The notes beneath the pieces are model-generated. The model was not told the origin of the DNA. It saw nothing but the letters and a program-made list of their open reading frames with translations, and searched no databases. The position numbers and the translations under genes are program-made. Shown one piece after another: positions 11,426 to 23,850 of a stretch of 64,000 nt of DNA. Positions within the stretch are counted from its first letter, which is position 1; the number at the start of each line of letters is the position of its first letter. The stretch is taken from NCBI RefSeq assembly GCF_006345805.1, contig NC_042999.1, positions 151,280,001 through 151,344,000 of the forward strand, read 5' to 3'. The DNA is from Octopus sinensis (taxonomy: Eukaryota).

Positions 11426-13575
11426 TTTTATTTTTTTTATTTCATTTATCTAGTTTCAGCTCACAAGCTGTGGCCATGCTGGGGCACCGCCATTTGGTGT
11501 TGCTACATGATTTTACTTCACGAATGCTTTTTAGCAATTGCCATTTGGTGCATGAGAGAGTTCGATGCAGCTGCCCGCATCTGCACCTCCTGCCGTGAAG
11601 TTGGTTCATCTGGGATACCTGACAAGAAGAGATCCAGTTTCATTTTAAAGACATCTGCATCCACCCCATGCAGGTCTCTTAGGTTCTTTGGGAAGATATT
11701 GAAGAGCTGTGGGCTTCGGAAGCCCAGGCTATCACAGTATCTTGTCCTACATCTTGATGGCAAATTTGGAGTCCTTGGCACTATGCAGTGGCGCCCAGTT
11801 TTGGCATTTGTGTAACTCTCGATGCCAAAGTTTGGGACAAGTCCTTCTAGGATCTTCCAGATGTATATTATGGCATATCTTTCTCGCCTACGCTCTAAGG
11901 AATAGAGTCTCAATCTCTTGAGTCTTTCCCAGTAGCTTATATGCTGCACAGAGGCTATCTTCTTCGTGTAGCTTCGTTGGATCACCTCAAGTTCTGTGAT
12001 TAACTTGACACTGGATGGTGACCATAGCTGAGAGCAATAGTCAAAGTGGCTTAGGACAAGTGTCCTCCAGAGGACCATCATGGTTTCCTGGTCTCTTGTT
12101 CTGAAGGTTCTAAGAATCCATCCAGTCAGCCGCCTACATTTCATTGCCAATTTAGCAACATGCACATGAAAGGTTGCATCATCACTCATGTAAATACCCA
12201 GGTCTCGCACTGATTGTGCCTCTGGGATTGCAGTCCCTCCAGGTCCAGTGTATTTATTGGGTATTGCATTTAGTTTTGCGTGCTGATAGCATAGAGCTTG
12301 AAACTTTTCAGCATTGAACTGCATGCTATTCTTTTCAGCCCATTTGTATATTTTGTCCAGCTCACATTGCAGGTGCTTAGTGTCTTCAGGGTTCTGTATT
12401 GCCTGTGAAACTTTTGTATCATCTGCATAACTTGTGATCGTGGCTCTCTGCGTGGCTGAGGGCATGTCTGAGAGGGCCATTATGAACAGTAGTGGTCCCA
12501 AAACAATACCCTGCGGAACACCGCTCACTATTTGCATGTTAGTGGAAGTGGCCCCATTGGCTACTACCACCTGACTTCTATCCTTCAGAAAGTCATGAAG
12601 CCATTCTCCCAATTTTCCAACTATGCCAAGATCACGCAGTTTGTGACATAGCATTCCATGATCGACTTTATCAAAGGCCTTTGCAAAGTCGAGATATATG
12701 ACTTCCACATTTGAGTGGTTGAGCAGTCGTTTCAGCACCCAGACATAGTGTTGTAGGAGCTGAGTTAGGCAGCTTCTTCCTGGTCGGAAACCATGTTGGG
12801 TGTCCGGCAGCAAGTCATTTTCTTCAAGGAAGGTGATTAGTTTCCTTCTGACTATTCGTTCCATGACCTTGCTGATGTGTGAGGTCAGAGAGATAGGTCT
12901 GTAGTTCTTGGCCTCCGCTCTGCTACCTCCTTTATGAATAGGGCATATTTTACCTTCCTTCAGTTTTCTTGGAAGTTTGCCAGTTGCAAGGAAGCTCTGA
13001 AAGAGGAACTGCAGTGGTCTTGCTAGGACTCTCTTACATACTTTTAGAAGGATTTCTGGGAATCCATCTGGGCCAGTAGCTGAGTTTGTTTTCATTTCAT
13101 CAATAGCCTTTATTACATCGTCTTCCTTTATATTGATGTAATCAATCATCGCTGCCTCCGATTTTATATCTGCAGTGGTAAAGAAGTCAGTTGGATTGCT
13201 GACTTGAAAATGCCCTAGGGGTGGCGTGAAAATACTCTTGAATTGCTCATTTAGTATTTCACTTACCCTCATTGGATTTCCTGTGAGTGTGCCATCCTTT
13301 TCAAGGAGTGGCGCTATCCTACAGTGCACCGTAGCTGTTTCTTTGGCATACCCGTAGAAAGCTCTGGGGTTAGATTTTATGTTGTCTATAGCCCAGGCTT
13401 CTTTGTCTGCTCTTTCTTTTTCATGGGAGAGTTGCAGACATTTTTCAATTTCCAACAGTTTTATTTTCAGGCGGGACTTTTCACTGCTTTCAATTTGTTT
13501 GTTTAGGCGATTTGAAACTTTTGTACGCCGTCTCATTAGAATTTTCCTCTCTCTGGGGATTTTGCTCTTGTATCT
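11426..13575 (-). mobile_element. 5'-truncated non-LTR retrotransposon, CR1 group (CR1/L2/Crack/Kiri-like), with 3' UTR hairpin and A-rich tail
   Basis: Contains the RT ORF 11518-13536. The minus-strand 3' UTR reads GGCGGTGCCCCAGCATGGCCACAGCTTGTGAGCTGAAAC followed by an A-rich tail. The 5' end abuts a (TA)n tract and no APE endonuclease domain is present. Confidence 0.9.
11518..13536 (-). CDS. LINE ORF2 remnant: reverse transcriptase and C-terminal region, 672 aa without stops
   Basis: RT motifs ATGPDGF, NYRPISLTSHISKVMERIV, QHGFRPGRSC, YLDFAKAFDKVDH, SGVPQGIVLGPLLF, YADDTK, plus the CR1-type RDLGIYM and YCSQLWSP. Confidence 0.92.
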   Translation of the reverse strand: MRRRTKVSNRLNKQIESSEKSRLKIKLLEIEKCLQLSHEKERADKEAWAIDNIKSNPRAFYGYAKETATVHCRIAPLLEKDGTLTGNPMRVSEILNEQFKSIFTPPLGHFQVSNPTDFFTTADIKSEAAMIDYINIKEDDVIKAIDEMKTNSATGPDGFPEILLKVCKRVLARPLQFLFQSFLATGKLPRKLKEGKICPIHKGGSRAEAKNYRPISLTSHISKVMERIVRRKLITFLEENDLLPDTQHGFRPGRSCLTQLLQHYVWVLKRLLNHSNVEVIYLDFAKAFDKVDHGMLCHKLRDLGIVGKLGEWLHDFLKDRSQVVVANGATSTNMQIVSGVPQGIVLGPLLFIMALSDMPSATQRATITSYADDTKVSQAIQNPEDTKHLQCELDKIYKWAEKNSMQFNAEKFQALCYQHAKLNAIPNKYTGPGGTAIPEAQSVRDLGIYMSDDATFHVHVAKLAMKCRRLTGWILRTFRTRDQETMMVLWRTLVLSHFDYCSQLWSPSSVKLITELEVIQRSYTKKIASVQHISYWERLKRLRLYSLERRRERYAIIYIWKILEGLVPNFGIESYTNAKTGRHCIVPRTPNLPSRCRTRYCDSLGFRSPQLFNIFPKNLRDLHGVDADVFKMKLDLFLSGIPDEPTSRQEVQMRAAASNSLMHQMAIAKKHS

Positions 13576-13658
13576 CTGTATATATATATATATGAATATG
13601 AATGTATGAATGTATGTATATATATGTATTTATATATGTTTACATATATATATAATTA

Positions 13659-13741
<83 letters not shown>

Positions 13742-13941
13742 CATATATATATTTATATATATGTATATATATATAATGAGAGGTATATTTGCCATCTCAA
13801 TATGGCTAACCACTAAGGGTGGGTGTTACTGTAGCTTGTAGCCCCAGAAGAACATCTCCTCCAGCTGACTTTAGGCACACTTTCTGTGCCCTAAGGTATT
13901 TTCAAAGGGAGGTCATCCTTCCCTCGTCAACCTAAGTGATA

Positions 13942-13986
13942 CGCACGGACTGCAGTTTCTAGGTATTGACCTGTCATCAGCATACG
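13942..13986 (-). ncRNA. Type I hammerhead ribozyme motif
   Basis: CGUAUG-CUGAUGA-CAGG(UCAAUA)CCUA-GAAAC-UGCA-GUC/CGUGCG. The core is canonical and there is one mismatch at the base of stem II. Confidence 0.7.
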
Positions 13987-14697
13987 GCAACCACTGGTTT
14001 TCCATATAGGACTAAATATTAAAAATTATTAAAATTAATATTTACAATACATTACATTATATAAACTACGAGCGTTTCATGACATATTCCTTTATATTGC
14101 TGAAATAAAAAGTCTCAAAATACAATAACATATTAAAACGATTATATTGCCAATCTTCAGGTCTAGCTTATATGAACTTCTTTTGCTATTTACATCCTAT
14201 ATAAAGATATGACAAACTAAAATTATATAACTAGAAGTTGTCGGAATAATTTTACTTTAATAAATAAGGAACAGAAATGTGGAGTAAAAATAGGAAAAAA
14301 ATTTGGGACTTTTGCAGAGAGTTAAAGTTGTAACAAAAACAGGACAGTATGAACAAAACAGTAAACATAAACGGTGAGGGCTGTTAAGCCATAATGAGGT
14401 GAAGTGGTGAACTCTGGTAAAACATTTTGTTTTTAGGAAGGAAGAGGAAGAAAGAAAGATAGATAGCCGTTGGTCACGCGTGAGCAACGAGAGAGTCAAG
14501 GAGGAAGAGTGAGAGAGAGAGAGGGGGGACGGTGAAGGGGAGAGGAGAAGAATTAGAGAAAGGGTAGAAAAGAAAAACAGAAAGGAAGAAGAACAAGAGA
14601 GGGAGATAGAATAGAGATAGGTTGTAGAATGCGCATCGGAATTATTAAGAGAAAACTTACTTGGAAATGGATGCCTGGTGTTCGATCATATAATAAC

Positions 14698-14738
<41 letters not shown>

Positions 14739-15649
14739 CATATATACACACATACATGTACATGTCTACATATATACGTACATATTCATGCATATATGGG
14801 TACAGGATGTCGAAACAACGTGAACAAAATGAGAATAAAAACAAAAGAACTTTTTTCGACCAACGAAAGAAACAGAGAAATGAGACAGGCAACACAAAGA
14901 ATATTCCCTTTACACACACAGACACACACTTCTGTGCGTGTGTGCGCGCGCGCATGAGTCAGTTGTGCGTGTGTGCATGAATTATTGCGTGTGCGAAGGC
15001 TTCGTTGTCAATCGAGGGGTCAATATGCCTATAAGTCACACACTGGTTGTACTTTAATTTCATTATCAATGAATTGGATCATTAGATAATTGATTAATTG
15101 GTATGAAAGACCTGACAAATTAATCGATTAATTAGATAATTGACTAATTACATAATTTAATGATAATAAAACCAAAGTGAAATACACACAGTCCGTATCT
15201 TATTGGCATAATACCTCTCAAAGTAGTAAAAATTTATTTCACAGCTTACTGCCTTCAAGGACAATTACTCTATGACTCTATGACTCTAAAACTGTTTTAA
15301 AGTCGGTTTCTTGGAGTTGATTTCTATTTCTTGGAGTCAATTTCTATGGTGTGTATGATATTTAGACTTCTGGTGATAATTCTAACATCCGATTAAGAGA
15401 TGATTCAAACTCTTCAGGAGCTTGCATTTTATATGGCTCTGTTCTATGAATGATGTTCTGGATTGGTTGAAGACCTGTAAAATCCTGGTCCACATTCTGA
15501 CGAAGTGTGTCAGAAAGATGGAATTTTCTCCTGTATGGTTTTTGTTACATATGTTCTACCTGAGAGAGTGGAAACGTTGAAGGAAGCAACTCTTAAAAGT
15601 GTTTGTTGTTTGACTTGCCAAATTATTCCAGACATAAGATTCCTCAACA

Positions 15650-15960
15650 TAAGATTACAGCTTGTAAGGCTTTCTAGAGGGTTAGTGTTTGCCTATCTTA
15701 AAGATTAATGTTATGACAAGGAAGTTAGGATTTTGCTAGTAGCTATGACTTGGTTAAACTCTATAAATTTCCATAGAAATTTTCCTTGTATTTATCCGTT
15801 TTGTGGTTATGCATGTTATATGATTGTGCTAAGCCATCATCTCTGAACAATCCAAAGCTGATGTAATATTCTCGAATCATTCATAGTATCTTCATTTTTT
15901 CATTAGTGCTTAGGTATTTGTGGCATTCTTTGTGTGGAACTGGGGAGATACAGAAACCGT
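15650..15960 (-). mobile_element. Decayed Penelope-like reverse transcriptase remnant (RDD type)
   Basis: Minus strand gives SFGLFRDDGLA (about 15828-15857) and later NFLVITLIFKIGKH*PSRKP, resembling the PLE GLYRDDGL and NFLD.T.....Y.PYRKP motifs. Many lesions. Confidence 0.5.
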
Positions 15961-16599
15961 TGACGCATAAGTTTGGGGTTTGGGAGATTCATTCTCCCCG
16001 TTTGGCAATTAAGTACAAACATTTCTTTTGACCAAAGCCCATTCCTATCACAGCTGGAAATATTTTAATTGGCACCAGCTGCTATTTTGGCATTGTTAAC
16101 ATTCTTAACGTAAATCTTCAAGACATTCAGGAAGAAATTATGAATTTTACTGGTACCTTTAGCATTTGCAGACCCTAACATGTAGCCGATGGATTTTTGT
16201 AATGGAAATAATTACAGGTTTGATGCCAAAACAAACAGAATTTCAGAGAGGTGATCTTGAAATATTCTCTTTGAAATACTTTTTACTTCAGAGACGATCG
16301 TTCCGCTTTCATTCTGGGTGAGACTTGTTGCACGGGTCTTTGTGAACCTCTCAATGGCAGCATCTAAGGTAGTAGGTACTTCTGTCACATGCTGAGCCTT
16401 CAGCAGGTATAAGCGGGGAATATAGTCGAACGCTTTCCGATAATTGGGTCATACTGTCACAAAGAATCCGTAGGGATTTCTTACTTTGGACGGTACAACA
16501 TCGTTTTTCAAAAGTTATTCAGCATCTTCACACACCTTTCTTCCCATCTGCCTACTCATCAATCACTATGTTATTCCGCCGAGGGCGACTTTTCTTTTC

Positions 16600-16725
16600 A
16601 TCTTTTCGGGGTCGATTAAATAAATACCAGTTACGCACTGGGGTCGATGTAATCGACTTAATCCCTTTGTCTGTCCTTGTTTGGCTCCTCTATGTTTAGA
16701 CCCCTGCGGGCAATAAAGAAATAAA
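16600..16725 (+). mobile_element. SINE family B, 3' part
   Basis: CGGGGTCGATTAAATAAATACCAGTTACGCACTGGGGTCGATGTAATCGAC... Confidence 0.75.
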
Positions 16726-16914
16726 GAAAGAAAGAAATATACATATTAATGGCTTTCTGTAAAAATGTCAGCCTCTTGTACCAGTATCCAGCTGTTAGTT
16801 CTCTTCCAGATGCCTTCCTATTGTACAGTTTGCTTACAACTGTGGTGAACATTTCGGGGTTGATTGTATGTTTTACAGTCAATATGAGCGTAGGTATACT
16901 GTATGTATGTATGC

Positions 16915-17006
<92 letters not shown>

Positions 17007-17874
17007 TTGTGAGTATGTGCGCGCGCATACGTAGTATTACGACTTTATTAGAAGAATTATATACACACACACAAACGTATAAATACAAACACACTCGCGC
17101 ACGTACACACACACATACATTTATATACGTGCGTGTGCGCATACACACATGCATAAGCACACACACATATAATTTACTGCTTCCTGTAAATATGTTAAAT
17201 GCATTATTCATGGAATGCATAGAAGAAGCAACGCTTGTTGTACCGAGTACAGTCTGATTATATAATTATATCCTCCAGTTCCTATAGTATTGAAATTGCC
17301 CGTATGAAAGACGAATGATGCTTTATTTATCCTGGAGCTCATCTAACAGAAAATATAAATAAATCGTTCAGGAAAGGAAGCCATATTTACTTCAGCTCAA
17401 AAGTTGAGAATCAGTACTGGAGTAGAGCATTATTGCTGTTTTGTGTTGTTGTTTTGAGTCCCAGGTTAGCGCTCTTTGAACAGACCTCTTTGAACCGAAC
17501 CATGGTCAACTTCTGGGTGGGATGGATAATGCTTTTCATTTATATTTTCTTTCGAGATGGTGGGGTGCGGTTTAAGGGAGATTTGGCTGTTAGTAGCTCG
17601 GCCAGCGATTTAGAGAAGGGTTCCTTTATAGCTATAGTGTTTCAGCCCAAAGGCTGTGGCCATACTGGGGCACCACCATTTCCATCACCTTTTCAATATC
17701 CATTCTCGTGTGGTTTGATGAATGAATGAGTTTGATATTGCTACCCTCAGTTAAGTTTCTTGTCGTTTTATAGGCTCATTTAGGATCTTGGATGGCAGAA
17801 TAGTGAGGTGCTTTTTGAAAACATTTACCCCCATCACTATATGTAGATTCAAATATAGTTACAAATTTTGGTAA

Positions 17875-18065
17875 AAGGCCATTAAGATCGGAGTTGGGGA
17901 GTTAAGTTGATTGCATCAACCCCAGTACTCAACTGGTATTTATCTTATCGATCCCGAAATGATGAAACGCATTGTCTACCACGGCGGAATTTGAACTCTG
18001 AACGTAAAGACGGACGAAATGCCACTAAGCATTTTCCCACCGCGCAAATGGTCCTGCTAGCTCGC
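17875..18065 (-). mobile_element. SINE family B
   Basis: GGCGGAATTTGAACTCTGAACGTAAAGACGGACGAAATGCC...GCTAGCTCGCCACC. Confidence 0.75.
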
Positions 18066-18845
18066 CACCTTATTCACAGCTGATATTAAAAGGTTTGATC
18101 CTCAAACAAGAGAAAAAAAAGATAGGGTGTAAAAGTAAAAGTTGTAGAGTGAAAATATAACGTTTCGGATATAGTCCTTCATCGGAGGCAAAATGATATC
18201 CAGGGACGGAAAGAAGGGAAAGAGGAAAAGAGATAAGGCACAGAAGAGCGAGGTGGTGGGGGCTGATAAATGCACATGGTAACTCAATCTCCATCTCTGG
18301 TTAAACGGAAGTGTGAGGAGTTATTGTTATTTTTAATGGTAACAGAGTGCCTACTGGTGTGTCTATGCATGTGAATAAATGTGTGTGTGTGAGTGAGTGT
18401 GGTGGTACCTGTGTATATAGTGTGTATATGTTTATATATTTGCTTGTGTATCCATGTGTGCCCGTGTGTGTGTGTGAGTATAGGAGATATGAGCAGTATG
18501 TTAATGTATGAGAGTGTTTGGTTAATAATATCAGCAGTGTTTGTGCGTGTGTTTCTGTGCGAGTGAGTGTATGTAACTCTGCGTACACGTATATATGTGA
18601 GTGTGTGTGTGTGAGTGTGGCTTAGTTTGTGGGTCGTGTGTGTGCATGTTTAGGTACGACAACTCGATAGTAGTGGTACGGTAGCAGTTAAAAGAATTGG
18701 GTCAAGAGGCCGAATGATGTGTGTGGACTTGCGCGTGTGTGTGTGTTCAGGTATGTGTAGGTGATATTTATAGTGTGTGCGCGTACGGACGGGGTGCATG
18801 TAAGTGCGAGTGTTAGACAAGTGGCATTGGTTGTATGCATGTGTG

Positions 18846-18885
<40 letters not shown>

Positions 18886-19135
18886 CGTGCGTGTCTTCGT
18901 GTCCTTGCGTATATGCGTACAGGCAAGCGCACACACACAAATATAAATAGATACATACATATGATTATACCCATATGAAAATGTAGTAAAAAGTGCATAT
19001 AAAATTTTATATAAAAGTGTGTATGTGTGTGCGTGTGGACGTGTGTGCGTGTGTGTCTGTATGTGTGTGTTTGAATGTGTGTGCGTTTGTGTGTCTGTGT
19101 GTGTGTCTATATAATGTATGTATGCACGCATATAT

Positions 19136-19292
19136 ATGTGGTAAGTAGCTTGCTTACCAACCACATGGTTCCGGATTCAGCCCCACTGCGTGGCACCTTG
19201 GGCAAGTGTCTTTTACTATAGACTCGGGCTGACCAAAACCTTGCGAGTAGATTTGGTAGACGGAACTGAAAGAAGCCCGTCGTATATATGTA

Positions 19293-19332
<40 letters not shown>

Positions 19333-19545
19333 TATGTGTGTGTGTGTGTGTGTGTCTGTGTCTGTGTCTGTTCCCCATCATCGTTTGACAACCGATGTTG
19401 GTGTGTTTACGCCCCCCGTAACTTAGCAGTTCAGCAAAAAAGACCGATAGGATAAATACTAGGCTTACAAAGAATAAGTCCTAGGATCGACTTGTTGGAC
19501 TAAAGGCGGTGCTTCAGCATGGCCGCATCTAAACGACTGAAGCAT
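19136..19545 (+). mobile_element. SINE family A
   Basis: Matches 5522-5897 along its length. Confidence 0.85.
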
Positions 19546-19580
19546 ATTTAAAGAAGTATATATATATATACATACATACA

Positions 19581-19614
<34 letters not shown>

Positions 19615-19671
19615 CATACATACAAACACACACACACACACATATATATACACACACACATATATATATTA

Positions 19672-19900
19672 TCTTTTACTTGTTTCAGGCATTAGACTAC
19701 AACCATGCTGGGCCACCGCCTTGACGAATTTTTGAAGTCGAACGAATGAATCGCCCCCACCCAAATCATTTTCTTTTCTTTTTTTTTGAAGCCTATACTT
19801 ATCCTTTCTATCTCTCAGACCGAACCGCTAGATTATGGAGAAGCAAACGCACCAACACCGATTGTCAAGCGGTGTTGATAGAACAAACACAGACACAATG
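19672..19900 (-). mobile_element. SINE family A variant, 3' half
   Basis: TTTTACTTGTTTCAG...CCATGCTGGGCCACCGCC and GAACCGCTA...TTGTCAAGCG. Confidence 0.6.
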
Positions 19901-20476
19901 ACACACACACTTTATATATATATATTTTTTTTTTTTTTTTCTTTTTTTTAATGTAGGATAACATTTTTTTCGAAAAAATTTTTATCAATGGCCAGCATAT
20001 AAAAAATACCTTTAAAGGTTAAAATTATAAACAACTTATAAATAAGGGCAAACGGGTATGAGTATCTCATTTATTTCTTTGCCACATTTATCACTGACGA
20101 AGGGGGGGTTCTCACGAACTAACCCTGAAATCGGTCCGATGTGGTAATAATGAAATTTTTTAGAAATTTCTGTTGGGTTTTTTTCGAGTAGCGTGCGTAT
20201 TGTGAAAATTTATACGGTAATGGACAATATGTCCAATTTTCGGCTTATTTGGCATTAGAAATTTTTCGTTTGCCCTTATTATAAGTTGTATATACATATA
20301 TATAATATTATTAAGGTATGTAGAAAAATCAACATGGACAAGAACGTATAACTTTCTTAGAAGACGATACAAAAACATGGACAGGCATTCGAACCCCTCG
20401 TCTTCAGTCAAGAACCGGTCATCGTAGTAATTCGGCTGAGAATCTTGATATATATATAGATATATATATAGATATA

Positions 20477-20519
<43 letters not shown>

Positions 20520-20802
20520 TCATTTGCAAGTAAGGGGTCATCGCTCCTATCTCTAGCCTTACGTGATACCTGTCCTCAGTGTGAGACAACCAGAAGCTAG
20601 TGACGAAAGCTTTCTTCGCTCACAAATACTATACAATATAATGCATACTCTACATATTTAATCGACACACAGTCGCTGATCTCGTTGTCTTAGCCCTAGG
20701 AAAGCATCTTTTCCAGCTGGCTATCGGCACACAGTAACATTGTCCTTTATAGGACTGTCACATTATGTTGGCATATAAATTTTGCTATTCAGTACATATA
20801 TA

Positions 20803-20958
20803 CACAACGAGCTTCTTTCAGTTTCCGTCTACCAAATCCCCTCACAAGGCTTTGGTCAGCCCGAGACTATAGGAGAAGTCCCTTGCCCAAGGTGCTATGC
20901 AGTGAGACTGAACCCAGAACCATGTAGTTGGGAAGCAAGCTTGTTACCACACAGCCAC
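20803..20958 (-). mobile_element. SINE family A, 5' half
   Basis: CTTCTTTCAGTTTCCGTCTACCAAATCC...TTACCACACAGCCACG. Confidence 0.75.
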
Positions 20959-21127
20959 GTCTAAGCTGTAGAGTAAAATGTCCGATAAGTACTGAGCATT
21001 ACATGAATTAATGAATGACAAAAGAACAGGGGGTACGTAGTCACTTTCATTAGCTTACGATGTTTCTGCTATAAGATGTCGTACGAGCACTCGGCTCTGA
21101 GTGCAATTATTCTTATATATTCTTATC

Positions 21128-21310
21128 TCAGGGAGATTCAGCGTAAAACAGAATGGGACATGGCTGGTCCTTTGAAATACACGTACAACACATTTTTACC
21201 AGCTGGCGGGGTCTGGAGCAACGTGAAATAAATTGTTTTGCTGAAGCACACAACACGCTACCAGTGATCGAACTCACGGACTTACGACCGAGAGCCGGAT
21301 ACCTAATTAC
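21128..21310 (-). mobile_element. Chimera of a family D head and a family C body fragment
   Basis: CAGGGAGATTCAGCG...CCTTTGAAATAC (family C) is joined to CTGGAGCAACGTGAAATAAA...GATCGAACTCACG (family D). Confidence 0.5.
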
Positions 21311-21710
21311 TACACATACACACAATATACACATGTACTCTTACACATAAACGCACACTCGTACACACATATTCATATTCATGCACACACTTATAGCAGT
21401 AGGCACTCTCTTGCCATGTAAAATAGCAATTCCCCCCCACACACACACACACTTCTATTTAGTCAGAGATCGAGATTGTGAGTTACCTATGCGCATTCGT
21501 CACCGGCTCCTGTTTTTTTTTTTTTGTCTCTTACTTTTTTTTTTTTCTCTTTCTGTTCTTCTCCTCTCTGGCATCCGTTTGTCCGAAACGTAACACTTTC
21601 TCTCTACAACTTATGCTGCGTATTGCTTTTTCCTTCTTTGAGTATCAACTTGTCACTACCCAGACATACACAAACAACTAAGCCACACGCCTTCACATAC
21701 ATATCTGCAT

Positions 21711-21751
<41 letters not shown>

Positions 21752-22349
21752 AAGCAAAATACCGCCATATTTCAAACCATAAATACATATATTGATTTCC
21801 GTTTTTCTTTTATCTCACCAACATTTCCCTTTCACACTATGCGTGTGACCCAAGAGTGCTCTATTTTCCTGAACATATTACATTATTATACCTTTACAAC
21901 ACGTTTAGTTCAAGCTTGTTTCTTATGAACGTTAACATTGAACACTGCCACTATTCTTATCACTCTAGCTTATTGTCACGTGCTGTTTTGACCATATTGA
22001 ATCATCGTATCACTTAGACCAATAGAGGTTTGCACTTCTGTTAATGGAAGTACGTAGTAAATATGAGATTTATTTACATTATTCATGATAGTAGTATTGC
22101 TTTTACATTTTAAAAACTCTAAACGTTTTTTTTTTTATCTTTGCCGAACTCTCTGCTATACGCTTTGCACAAAATAATTTATGGGGTATTAACGATGAGC
22201 CAAAAGTGACGAAGTACACAGAATGTAGTTGGTACAATAGCTGAAACCAACAGATTGTGCCAATAGATCGAAATATGGTGTCAGACTTCGTGACTTTTGG
22301 TCCAACCCGCACATATACATACATACACACATACATACATACATAAATG

Positions 22350-22422
22350 CAGTTCTCTATTTAAGAGATGAGGAATTAATGTACATTATTTGCATTATGT
22401 ACAATTGACGGATATTTTTCGA

Positions 22423-22511
<89 letters not shown>

Positions 22512-22574
22512 TCACTGCCTGGAATCGAACTCGGAATCTTGGGGTAGTAGCCCCCGCTCTCAACCACTACGCCA
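22350..22574 (-). mobile_element. tRNA head + (AAT)n + tail of the HHR family, with the HHR deleted
   Basis: GGCGTAGTGGTTGAGAGCG...GAGTTCGATTCCAGGCAGTGACC, (AAT)n, ATCGAAA, then AATATCCGTCAA...CCTCATCTCTTAAATAGAGAACTG. Confidence 0.65.
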
Positions 22575-22739
22575 TAAGCGACATTGGGGCGACTGTCCAC
22601 AGCTACCGGCCCACAGTCGACGCTTTGGCGACCCCCACTCCAAGTGATCAACTGGTACTTATTTTATCGACACCGAAAGGAAGAAAGGCAAAGTAGACCT
22701 CGGTGGAATTTGAACTCAGAACATAAAGACATGAAATGC

Positions 22740-22741
22740 TG

Positions 22742-22812
<71 letters not shown>

Positions 22813-23085
22813 AATTATATATATATATGTTTTATATAATATATGTATGTATGTATGTGTGTTTATATATGTATGTTTATATTATATATAATATAAACTT
22901 AGATATGTTTCGACCATAATTGGTCCAGCCATGTCTAACTTATATATATGTATGTATGTTTATATATATGTATGTATATATATGTATATATATATATATA
23001 TAATATATATATATATGTATGTATGTTTATATATGTATGTATATATACATATATATGTTTTTATATATATATATGTATGTGATTT

Positions 23086-23118
<33 letters not shown>

Positions 23119-23357
23119 GCATATATATATATATGTATGTTTTTATATATATACATATTGTATATGTGTATATATATATGTATGTATGTTTTATATATAT
23201 ATATGTTTTATATATATAATGCATATATATATATATTGTATGTTTTTTATATATATATCATATATATCTATATATATATATGTATGTTATATATATATGT
23301 ATGTTTATTATATATATATGTATGTTATATAAAGTATGTTTATATATCTATTATATA

Positions 23358-23406
<49 letters not shown>

Positions 23407-23410
23407 ATAA
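22740..23410. repeat. Compound (TA)n/(TATG)n microsatellite
   Basis: Directly visible. Confidence 0.95.
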
Positions 23411-23699
23411 TATTGTATAATTAGGGCTTTGTAAAATAAATTACTTGGCCACATACTGAACTTTCTAGAAATAGCAGCCAAAAAGTTTTTTAGCATTTTG
23501 CTAAAAAACTTTTTGGCTACTATTTCTAGAAAGTTCAGTGTGTGGCAAAGTAATTTATTTTACTAAGCCCTAATTATATAATATAATATTGAATACGCCT
23601 TAAATGGTCCTTACATACTGAACACTAATTGGGAAATTGATTAATAACTAATTAATTTTACCCTCAATTATTGATATATATATATATATATATATAATT

Positions 23700-23850
23700 T
23701 CTTTTATGGTTACAGTCAGAGGCTGAGGCCATGCTGGTGCACTGCCATTACTGCATCCGGGGATTTTTCCAGTATTGCTTCTGCTGAAGTAGCGTGTTGG
23801 ACGTTGCCGCTCTTCTTTGTACCTTCTGCCGCGATGTGGGTTCATCCGGT
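23700..23850 (-). mobile_element. 3' fragment of a LINE related to the 11.4-13.6 kb element
   Basis: Minus strand translates to PDEPTSRQKVQRRAATSNTLLQ, versus PDEPTSRQEVQMRAAASNSLMHQ in the long ORF. It is followed by the GTGCACCAGCATGGCC tail. Confidence 0.8.

Noticed and set aside
20375-20415. Minus-strand CTGAAGACGAGGGGTTCGAATGCC as a hammerhead
   Set aside because: GAAT replaces GAAA, and stems I and III are unconvincing.
22511-22574. Possible tRNA gene (also 6903-6962 and 38301-38372)
   Set aside because: A and B boxes are present but there is no proper acceptor stem, and each runs into repeat body sequence. These are SINE-type heads.
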